A stretch of 64,000 nucleotides of DNA. Origin: Deltaproteobacteria bacterium (lineage in GTDB: Bacteria > Myxococcota > Kuafuiibacteriia > Kuafuiibacteriales > Kuafuiibacteriaceae). The stretch is from positions 96,001-160,000 of the forward strand of contig JAVJQW010000038.1 in the NCBI GenBank assembly GCA_040218735.1, in the 5' to 3' direction. The notes beneath the pieces were generated by a model. It was not told the DNA's origin. It ran no database searches and saw only the letters and a list, made by a program, of their open reading frames with translations. The first letter of the stretch is position 1. Every line of letters begins with the position of its first letter. The position numbers were made by a program, and so were the translations under genes. Of this stretch, positions 39,113 to 47,022 are shown piece after piece.

Positions 39113-41281
39113 ATGTTATCAACGCGCGAGGTGCGCCTCATTCACAAGGTGATGGTGCTCGCCACGGTCCCGATGGCCGTGCTCGTGAGCGTCACCGGCT
39201 GGACGCTCACTGCGGCGATCGAGGATCAGCTCCGCGTCGAGCTCGAAGCGGAGACCCGCGCGGAGCTCACGCTTCGCACCGTGATGCTGAATCAGGACGT
39301 CCGGCATCGCTTCGATTCCCTCGCGCGGATCGCGTCGGATCCGATCTACTCCGAAGGTACCGAAGCGGAGCGGCTCGCGGCGCTGCGCGCGCGTCACCAC
39401 ACCGTGACGGGGTTGTTCGAGGGTCTCTACCTCGACGACCTGGACGGCAACGTGGTCGGGACCGACAGCACGCGCTTCAACGTAAGCGACCGTCCTTACT
39501 TTCCGATGATTCAGAAGGGAGAGCGCGTGGTGAGTCGGGCCCTCGACAGTCGAGCGACGGGCGAACACATCGTGGTGATGACGGTGCCGCTCCGCACCGA
39601 GGGCGACGAGCTGATCGGTGCGGTGGCGGGAACGGTGCGCGTCGACGACCTCGTCACGAGCGCGTCGCTGCTCCCGCCGCGGTTCGGTGGGTTCGCTGCC
39701 TTGTTGGAGAAAGACGGGACGCTCATGTCCGGCGAGCGGATGCCCGACGGCATCGCGGTCGACGTCTTCGCGGGCCACGAAGAACGTTCGACGCTCGACA
39801 TCGATGGGGCGCGGTACCTCCTGTTCTCGGATCCTGGGCACCCGATCCCCTGGCGCCTGGTGATCGGGTATCCGGAGTCCGAGGCGTTGGCGTTCCCGCG
39901 AAAGCTCCGACGTGCCACAGCGTTCACGATCCTCGTCGCGGTGTTCTTGACGGCCCTCGTCGCGGCGTTCGTCGCGCGCCGCATCACGCGCCCGGTCGTT
40001 GCGCTTCGCGCCGGCCACGATCGGGTGGCGCGTGGTGATCTCGAGGCTCATGTCGAGGTGATGACGAGCGACGAGATCGGTGACATCGCGCGCTCCTTCA
40101 ACGCGATGGTCGCACGTATCCGCGAAGAGACGGAGAGCCGTGCGGACGCGGAGGTGAAGCTCGAGCGAGCGCAGCGACTGGAGACCGTCGGCCTCCTCGC
40201 GGGCGGCGTCGCACACGACTTCAACAACCTCCTGATGACCATCCTGGCGAACGCGGAGTTCGCGGCCGAGGACTCGGACGACCCCGACGTCGAAGCGAGC
40301 CTCGGTGAGATCATCACGGCGTCGAAGCGCGGCGCGGATCTGACGCGGCAGCTGCTCGGGTTCGCGCGGCGCCAGCCGCACCTCCCGGCGGACGTCGATC
40401 TCGGTGAGGTCGTGCGGAGCATGGAGCCGCTCTTGAAGCGTGTGCTGCCGGAGACGATTCGACTCACCACCGAGGTGGGGCCGCAGTGCGGGGCCCACGT
40501 CGACGTCGGTCAGATCCAGCAGGTGTTGCTCAACCTGGTGATCAACGCGCGCGACGCGATCGACGCGCAGGGGCACGTGCGGGTGACGGTCGACGCCGAC
40601 CGGGAATCGGCGCGGATCGTCGTGCAGGACGACGGTTCGGGGATCTCGGCCGAGGCGCTCCCGAACATCTTCGATCCGTTTTTCACGACGAAGGACGCGG
40701 CGGGTGGAACCGGGCTCGGGCTGTCGATGGTGCACGGGATCGTCGAGCAGCACCGCGGTGCGATCGACGTGGAGAGCGAGCCCGGCAACACGAGGTTCAC
40801 GCTTCGTTTCGCGCGGGTTCGGCTGACCTCCGCGACGCCGCTCTCGGTGCGCGCGCCCGATCTCTCCGCGCTCGTCGGGAGCCTCCCCACGGGCCGCGTG
40901 TTGGTCGTCGAGGACGACCCGTCGGTGCAGCGTGCCACGGTGCAGGGGCTCAAGCGCATGGGCCTCGACGTCGCGGTCGCCGCCGACGGCCAGAGCGCGC
41001 TCGAGCGCTTCGAGCGCTCGCCGCATGCGTTCATCGCCATCGTCACCGACGTCGTCATGCCGCGGATGTCGGGCCCGGAGCTCGTCGAGCGGGTGCGCCA
41101 GCGGCGCGCGGACATCCCGGTGGTGTTCGTCACCGGCTACCAGGACCGCTCCGTCGAGGCGGAGCTGTCGCTGCCGGGCTCGACGCTGATCATGAAACCC
41201 GCGACGACCGAGCAGATCGCCCGCGCGGTGGAGGCGCTGATCCACGGCGCGACCCATCCGCCGAAGGCGGCCGAGGCTTGA
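39113..41281 (+). CDS. Cache-HAMP hybrid histidine kinase/response regulator
   Basis: TM, SDRPYF Cache motif, DEIGDIARSFNAM HAMP, AHDFNNLL, GTGLGL, TDVVMP. Confidence 0.92.
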   Translation: MLSTREVRLIHKVMVLATVPMAVLVSVTGWTLTAAIEDQLRVELEAETRAELTLRTVMLNQDVRHRFDSLARIASDPIYSEGTEAERLAALRARHHTVTGLFEGLYLDDLDGNVVGTDSTRFNVSDRPYFPMIQKGERVVSRALDSRATGEHIVVMTVPLRTEGDELIGAVAGTVRVDDLVTSASLLPPRFGGFAALLEKDGTLMSGERMPDGIAVDVFAGHEERSTLDIDGARYLLFSDPGHPIPWRLVIGYPESEALAFPRKLRRATAFTILVAVFLTALVAAFVARRITRPVVALRAGHDRVARGDLEAHVEVMTSDEIGDIARSFNAMVARIREETESRADAEVKLERAQRLETVGLLAGGVAHDFNNLLMTILANAEFAAEDSDDPDVEASLGEIITASKRGADLTRQLLGFARRQPHLPADVDLGEVVRSMEPLLKRVLPETIRLTTEVGPQCGAHVDVGQIQQVLLNLVINARDAIDAQGHVRVTVDADRESARIVVQDDGSGISAEALPNIFDPFFTTKDAAGGTGLGLSMVHGIVEQHRGAIDVESEPGNTRFTLRFARVRLTSATPLSVRAPDLSALVGSLPTGRVLVVEDDPSVQRATVQGLKRMGLDVAVAADGQSALERFERSPHAFIAIVTDVVMPRMSGPELVERVRQRRADIPVVFVTGYQDRSVEAELSLPGSTLIMKPATTEQIARAVEALIHGATHPPKAAEA

Positions 41282-41358
41282 ACTTCCCAGAGTTGACGAG
41301 CTGTTCCGGCGGCGGGACTTCGACCCGGGCGCGCGCACCCTGATGCGCGACGGACGCG

Positions 41359-42483
41359 TTACAGCTTGCGCCAGATCGTCGTCGTCACCGTCTTGCGCTC
41401 GGTCGCCACCGACTCCCCGTCCACGAGCCCGCGCCACGAATGCGCCACGGAGCGGGTCTGCGCGGCCTGCAGGAAACACGGGTTGTCCGCTTCGAAGGAG
41501 ACGAGCTCGCTCCCTTCGCCGCCGAGGAAGTCTTGGATGTTGGCGTCGGGGTTCTTGGGGACGACGTGCGGCGCCTTGCTCGGCGCGAACCCCCAGCGGG
41601 TCTCGAAGAGGATCTTCTTGCCCTTGTGGTTGATGCGCCGCGCCCGGAGCGCGCGTGCGCGGTGGTCCGGCGTGAGGACCTCGATCTCCTCCTTGTCCTT
41701 GCGCCCGGCGTCGAGGTTGCCCTTCTCGAACAGGTGCACGGCAAACGGGAGGAAGCGCTCGGCGATCGCTTCGTCACTCATGCGTAGCTTCGCGCGCTCG
41801 ATGTAGAACGGGCTCTTGCGCGGGTGGGGCGGGTGCAGCGACATGAACCGCTTGCGGACCTCGTCGCCGCCGTCGAGGCGTTCGAAGCGCCCGCGCATGT
41901 CGAGGTGGATCTTCACCGGCAGGTCGACCAGCGCGAACCACGCGACGGTGTCGGGTTCCACGGTCGCGTCCGCGCCGCCCTCGACGCGCCGCAGATCCGA
42001 GTTGCGCGTGGAGTCGAGGTCGGTGTGAACGTCGGCGCGTTTGCCGCGCATCCGCACGCGCTCCGCCACCGCTTCGAAGGCAAATCCGAGCCCGGCCTTC
42101 AGCGGCTGCGTGCGGAGGATGTAGTCGACCTCGATCTCGGTGCCCGCGTAGAAGTCCCCGCCGAGCACTTCGTTGACGACCTGTTTGTACGTGTACCGGC
42201 ACAGCGCGCCCGCGGCGTTCGGCTTGAAGGTGTACGGCGACTTCGGATCCGGCGCGTCGGCCGACGGCTCGACGGGCGGAGGCGCCGGCTCGGGCTCGAC
42301 GCGTTTCTTCGGCTGCGACGCGGCGTGACCCTTCGGGGCGTCCGGTTGCGACGCGGGCTGGGAGGCCGGCTGTGCCGCCGGAGTGTCCGGGGCGGCCGGG
42401 GGCGCCTCGGCGGGGGCCTTCGCGGGTTCGGCCTTACACGCGGAGAGCACGAGGATGGAAGCGAGCAGGTGACGGACGCGCAC
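41359..42483 (-). CDS. hypothetical lipoprotein
   Basis: Lipobox LSAC; Pro/Ala linker; beta-rich domain. Confidence 0.65.
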   Translation of the reverse strand: MRVRHLLASILVLSACKAEPAKAPAEAPPAAPDTPAAQPASQPASQPDAPKGHAASQPKKRVEPEPAPPPVEPSADAPDPKSPYTFKPNAAGALCRYTYKQVVNEVLGGDFYAGTEIEVDYILRTQPLKAGLGFAFEAVAERVRMRGKRADVHTDLDSTRNSDLRRVEGGADATVEPDTVAWFALVDLPVKIHLDMRGRFERLDGGDEVRKRFMSLHPPHPRKSPFYIERAKLRMSDEAIAERFLPFAVHLFEKGNLDAGRKDKEEIEVLTPDHRARALRARRINHKGKKILFETRWGFAPSKAPHVVPKNPDANIQDFLGGEGSELVSFEADNPCFLQAAQTRSVAHSWRGLVDGESVATERKTVTTTIWRKL

Positions 42484-42585
42484 GCCGCGTTCTAACAGGC
42501 GGTCCGGCGGTGCGTCGATCCCGCCTGTGACCGCGGCCCCGTTTGACCGTTCGGGGGCACGCCCGCTATTCGATCGGGAGCGTCC

Positions 42586-43401
42586 ATGGGCCCCCTCGCC
42601 GCCATCGCCGTCGTCACGCAGCTCGCGATCGGCCTCCCGCCGCCGCTCTGCGAGGGCCGCGTGGTCGGGCGCTACGATCCCTCGCTCGATTCACGCCCCA
42701 GCGCGCGCGCCGTCGCCGAGGTGCAGGCCGCGTACGACGCGCTCTGTCCCAAACACAACTGTGGCAAGGGTGAGCTCTTCAAGAACCACACGATGGGCAA
42801 CAACGCGGCCACGTGGGTGAACGGCATCCGCAACGGCGCCGCGACACGCGCCAAGATCGTCTACTCCAAGCAGTTCCTCGAGGCGCTCGCGGTGCGCTTC
42901 GGCGACGGCGCCTCGTTCGGCGTCCTCGCCCACGAGGTCGGCCACCACCTCACGGCCGCCCTCAACATGCGCGCCGAGTTCGAGGCGAGCTGGAACGAGG
43001 AGCTGCGCGCCGACTACCTCGCCGGGTGCGCGCTCGGCCGCAGCGGCCGCCCACCCGACGAGCTGGAGAACGCGCTCCGGGCGCTCGCGTCGGTCGCGAC
43101 CAAGTCCCACCCGTCCTTCGCCCAGCGCAACCCCGTGGTGCGCCGCGGCTACGACGAGTGCCGGGCCTCCGCCGCGGACCTGAGGAAGGTCCGCCCCGCG
43201 TTCGGGCTCGGTTCGCTCGCCGAGAAACCGGCGAGCGAAGGATGCGGCTACTGGTATCGACTGAAGGAGCAGGTCGATCGCGTCGGGCCCGTCGCGGCGC
43301 CGCGCCGCCGCGCGGGGCCGTTCAAGTCAATCGAGGCTTGTCGATCGCACGAGCGGAAGCTAAGCGAAGAACGGACCTCGGAGGGCTGTGTCTGTCCTTG
43401 A
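42586..43401 (+). CDS. secreted zinc metallopeptidase (M48-like)
   Basis: LAHEVGHH, EELRADYLAG, SHP...R. Confidence 0.75.
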   Translation: MGPLAAIAVVTQLAIGLPPPLCEGRVVGRYDPSLDSRPSARAVAEVQAAYDALCPKHNCGKGELFKNHTMGNNAATWVNGIRNGAATRAKIVYSKQFLEALAVRFGDGASFGVLAHEVGHHLTAALNMRAEFEASWNEELRADYLAGCALGRSGRPPDELENALRALASVATKSHPSFAQRNPVVRRGYDECRASAADLRKVRPAFGLGSLAEKPASEGCGYWYRLKEQVDRVGPVAAPRRRAGPFKSIEACRSHERKLSEERTSEGCVCP

Positions 43402-44656
43402 TGCCACGCTTCGGCGCTTCGCTTCGTTCACGCTCCTCGCGGCGGTGACCGCCTGCACCGATCCGGCGCCGCCCGCACCCCCGCCTCCGCCCGTCGAACC
43501 GTACTTCACGTACGCCGAGGCCATCGGCCCCGAGCCCGGTTCGCCCGCGCAGTATCACGTCGCCGAGATGCGCTGGGGCGACGCGTTCAGCACCTGCGCC
43601 TCACGCGTCGACGTCAACGGCCGCGAAGTCGACGAGCTCGTGCGCGCGCTCGACGGCTACGTCGACTTCACGAGGTGCCGCCCGGGGCAGTGGTTCGAGA
43701 TCGAGCGCGACGCCGAGGGGACGCTCACCTGGTTTCGCTACAACGCGAGCATCACCGACAAGTCTGCGGTGTACCGAGGCCCAGACGGGGTGCTCGTCGC
43801 GTACAAGGAGCCGGTCGCGGTCCGCACCGCGACGGTGACGGTGAGCGGCGAGGTCGACTGGTCGCTCTACGCGGCGATGGACGCGATCGGCGAGGAGCCG
43901 TGGCTCACGCTCACGCTCGTCGACATCTTCGCGTGGGACGTCGACTTCTTCACGGAGACGCAGAAGGGCGACCGCTTCGCGATCGTCGTCGAGAAGCGCT
44001 ACGTGGGGGACAAGTTCATCGGCTACGGCAACGTGCTCGGCGCCGAGTACGCCTTCGCGGACCGCGACCGCAAACACCGCGCGTTCCGGTACGCGTTCGA
44101 GGACGGGAAGGTCGGCTTCTACCAGGCGAACGGAAAGGCCGTGGAGAAGGCGTTCCTGAAGTCACCGATCAAGTTCGCGAGCATCACGAGTCGCTACGGG
44201 ATGCGCAAACATCCGATCCTCAAGTACGTGCGCGCGCACCGCGGCGTGGACTACGGCGCACCGAGCGGCACCGCGATCTGGTCGGTGGGCGACGGCGTCG
44301 TCACCTACGCGGGGCGCAAGGGCGGCTACGGGCGCGTTGTGTTCATCCGCCATGCGAACGGGCTGTCGACGCGCTACGCACACCTCAGGGGGCTCGGATC
44401 CGGGATCCGGCGCGGCGTGCGCGTGCGGCAGAAGCAGACGATCGGCTACGTCGGCCAGAGCGGCCTCGCGACCGGGCCGCACCTGCACTTCGAGCTGCTG
44501 CGCGGCGGGCGCCACATGAACCCGCTCGCGCTGGTGTCGCCGCCGGCGCCGCCGATCCCCGAGGAACAGATGGAGCGCTTCCTCGACCAGGTCTCGCCGT
44601 GGGTCGAAGCGCTCGGAACCGTGACCAGCACGCAGTCCGGCGGTAGCAGCGGCTGA
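43388..44656 (+). CDS. M23 family peptidoglycan endopeptidase lipoprotein
   Basis: HRGVDY, GYG, YAHL, TGPHLHFE; lipobox VTAC. Confidence 0.92.
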   Translation: MSVLDATLRRFASFTLLAAVTACTDPAPPAPPPPPVEPYFTYAEAIGPEPGSPAQYHVAEMRWGDAFSTCASRVDVNGREVDELVRALDGYVDFTRCRPGQWFEIERDAEGTLTWFRYNASITDKSAVYRGPDGVLVAYKEPVAVRTATVTVSGEVDWSLYAAMDAIGEEPWLTLTLVDIFAWDVDFFTETQKGDRFAIVVEKRYVGDKFIGYGNVLGAEYAFADRDRKHRAFRYAFEDGKVGFYQANGKAVEKAFLKSPIKFASITSRYGMRKHPILKYVRAHRGVDYGAPSGTAIWSVGDGVVTYAGRKGGYGRVVFIRHANGLSTRYAHLRGLGSGIRRGVRVRQKQTIGYVGQSGLATGPHLHFELLRGGRHMNPLALVSPPAPPIPEEQMERFLDQVSPWVEALGTVTSTQSGGSSG

Positions 44657-44706
44657 CGAGGAGATCCTTGTCGGTCGGGGAGGCGCCGCGGTAGCGTCCG
44701 CGCGCC

Positions 44707-45381
44707 GTGGCCGTGGAGTTCGAACATCGCGCGTCGATCCGGTCTGCGGCGGAGCAGCTCGTCGAGGTTTGCAAGCTGATGCACCAGCGCGGCTACATCG
44801 CCGCGCGCGACGGGAACGTCTCGGTACGCATCGGCGACAAGCGGATGCTCGTCACGCCGTCTGGGGCTCGCAAGGGCTTCATGAAGCCGGACGACATGGT
44901 GCTGTGTGACCTCGACGGGAACCCGGTGCGGGGGGAGCGCGGTCGACCATCGTCGGAGACGATGATGCACACGCTGATCTACGCGGAGCGCCCCGAGGTG
45001 AACGCCGTCGTGCACGCGCACCCGCCCTGCGCGATCGCACACACGATCGCGGGGGTCGGGCTCGACCAGCCGCTGATGCCGGAGGTGCTGTGTGAGCTCG
45101 GAGAGATCGTGACGGTGCCGTACACGACGCCGACGACGCGCGAGGTGCCCGACCGGCTCCGCGAGCACCTGACCTGCCGCGTCGCGCTGATCATGGAGCG
45201 CCACGGCTCCATCACGCTCGGCGAGACGCTCGGGCAGGCGTACGACCGCCTCGAGATCCTCGAGCACACCGCGCGCATCTCGATGATGGCCAACGCGCTC
45301 GCGCCCGGCGGCGTGCGTGGCCTCGACGCCGAGCAGGTCGACAAGCTCCGCGTCTTCCTCGGCTGCGGCCTCGGCTGCTGA
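44707..45381 (+). CDS. class II aldolase/adducin family protein
   Basis: DGNVS, TPSG, PSSE..MH, VHAHP, RHG. Confidence 0.9.
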   Translation: MAVEFEHRASIRSAAEQLVEVCKLMHQRGYIAARDGNVSVRIGDKRMLVTPSGARKGFMKPDDMVLCDLDGNPVRGERGRPSSETMMHTLIYAERPEVNAVVHAHPPCAIAHTIAGVGLDQPLMPEVLCELGEIVTVPYTTPTTREVPDRLREHLTCRVALIMERHGSITLGETLGQAYDRLEILEHTARISMMANALAPGGVRGLDAEQVDKLRVFLGCGLGC

Positions 45382-45438
45382 ACCCCGGACGCCCCCTCTA
45401 GACGGCCTCGAAACCGGGTTTTCTCGCGCTCATGTTGA

Positions 45439-45457
45439 TATTGAATTGTGTTCAATA
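45439..45457. promoter_or_regulatory. AT-rich palindromic operator candidate
   Basis: TATTGAA-TTGTG-TTCAATA, 23 nt upstream of the monooxygenase ATG. Confidence 0.6.
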
Positions 45458-45480
45458 AGCGGATCCGGTAGACGTGGGGC

Positions 45481-47022
45481 ATGGACGCCATCCGACCTGT
45501 GGACCCCGAACACCTCGACGTCGTCATCGTCGGCGCCGGGCTCTCCGGCATCGGGTGCGCGGTGCACCTGTCGAAGCGGTGCCCGGACCACCGCTACGCG
45601 ATCCTCGAGGCGCGCGAGCGGATGGGCGGGACGTGGGATCTGTTCCGCTACCCCGGCATCCGCTCGGACTCGGACATGTACACGCTGGGGTACGCCTTCC
45701 GGCCGTGGACCGACGGCAAAGCGATCGCGGACGGGCCGTCGATCCTGAAGTACATCGAGGACACGGCGCGGGAGTTCTCGGTCGACGAGAAGATCCGCTA
45801 CGGCCTTCGCCTCGAGCGCGCGAGCTGGTCGACCGAAGACGCGAAGTGGACACTCTTCCTCCGCGAAGCGTCGACCGGCGAGGTCCGCAGGATGACCTGC
45901 CGCTTCCTCCTCGCGTGCACCGGCTACTACGACTACGACCAAGCGCACGCGCCGCAGTTCGAAGGGCAGGGTGACTTCGCGGGCCGCGTCGTGCACCCGC
46001 AGTTCTGGACGGAGGACATCGACTACGCCGGCAAGAAGGTCGTCGTGATCGGCAGCGGCGCGACCGCGATGACGCTCGTGCCGAGCCTCGCCGAGCAGGC
46101 GGAGCACGTCACGATGCTGCAGCGCTCGCCGACGTACGTAGTCGCCGCACCGGACACCGACGCGGTCGCGGACTTTCTGCGTCGTCACCTCTCCGAGAAG
46201 ACCGCGTACGACATCACGCGGTGGAAGAACGTGCTGCGCACCATCGCGCTGTACAAGGCGTCGCGCCGCTTCCCGAAGGCGATGAAGAAGCTCTTCATCT
46301 ACGGCGTGAAGAAGGCGCTCGGTGAGGACTACGACGTCGAGAAACACTTCACGCCGAGCTACAACCCTTGGGACCAGCGCCTTTGCCTCGTGCCGAACGG
46401 CGACCTCTTCGAAGCGATCAAGGCGGGCACCGCGAGTGTCGCCACCGATCACATCGAGCGCTTCACCGAGCGCGGCGTTCGGCTGCAGTCCGGCGAGGAG
46501 CTCGAGGCGGATCTGATCGTCACCGCCACGGGCCTCAAGGTCCGGTTGTTCGGCGGCGCCGAGCTGAGCGTGGACGGGCGAGCGATCACCCCGAACGACA
46601 CGATGGCCTACCGCGCGATGATGGTGAGCGACGTCCCGAACCTCGCGTTCGCCGTCGGGTACACCAACGCGAGCTGGACCCTGAAGATCGATCTCGTCGC
46701 CGACTACGTGGCGCGCCTGCTCGATCACATGGACGCCAACGGCTACGACATCTGTGTTCCGGAGCGCGACCCGGACATGGAGCAGGCGCCGTTGCTCGAC
46801 TTCGACGCCAACTACATCAAGCGCGCCCTCGGCGAGCTCCCGCAGGCCGGGAAGAAACACCCGTGGCGGATCTTCGAGAACTACCTGCTCGATCGCGTAA
46901 CGCTGAACAACGCGCGCTTCGACGACGGGATCATGAAGTTCTCGAAGCGCAAGGTGCGCGCGGTCGTGCGCCCGCAGCAGACACCGGCGGCGTCGACGAC
47001 TCAGCGACAGACGGTCGCGTAG
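45481..47022 (+). CDS. flavin-containing (Baeyer-Villiger/EthA-like) monooxygenase
   Basis: GAGLSG, GGTWDLFRYPGIRSDSD, F.GRVVHPQFW, GSGATA. Confidence 0.93.
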   Translation: MDAIRPVDPEHLDVVIVGAGLSGIGCAVHLSKRCPDHRYAILEARERMGGTWDLFRYPGIRSDSDMYTLGYAFRPWTDGKAIADGPSILKYIEDTAREFSVDEKIRYGLRLERASWSTEDAKWTLFLREASTGEVRRMTCRFLLACTGYYDYDQAHAPQFEGQGDFAGRVVHPQFWTEDIDYAGKKVVVIGSGATAMTLVPSLAEQAEHVTMLQRSPTYVVAAPDTDAVADFLRRHLSEKTAYDITRWKNVLRTIALYKASRRFPKAMKKLFIYGVKKALGEDYDVEKHFTPSYNPWDQRLCLVPNGDLFEAIKAGTASVATDHIERFTERGVRLQSGEELEADLIVTATGLKVRLFGGAELSVDGRAITPNDTMAYRAMMVSDVPNLAFAVGYTNASWTLKIDLVADYVARLLDHMDANGYDICVPERDPDMEQAPLLDFDANYIKRALGELPQAGKKHPWRIFENYLLDRVTLNNARFDDGIMKFSKRKVRAVVRPQQTPAASTTQRQTVA

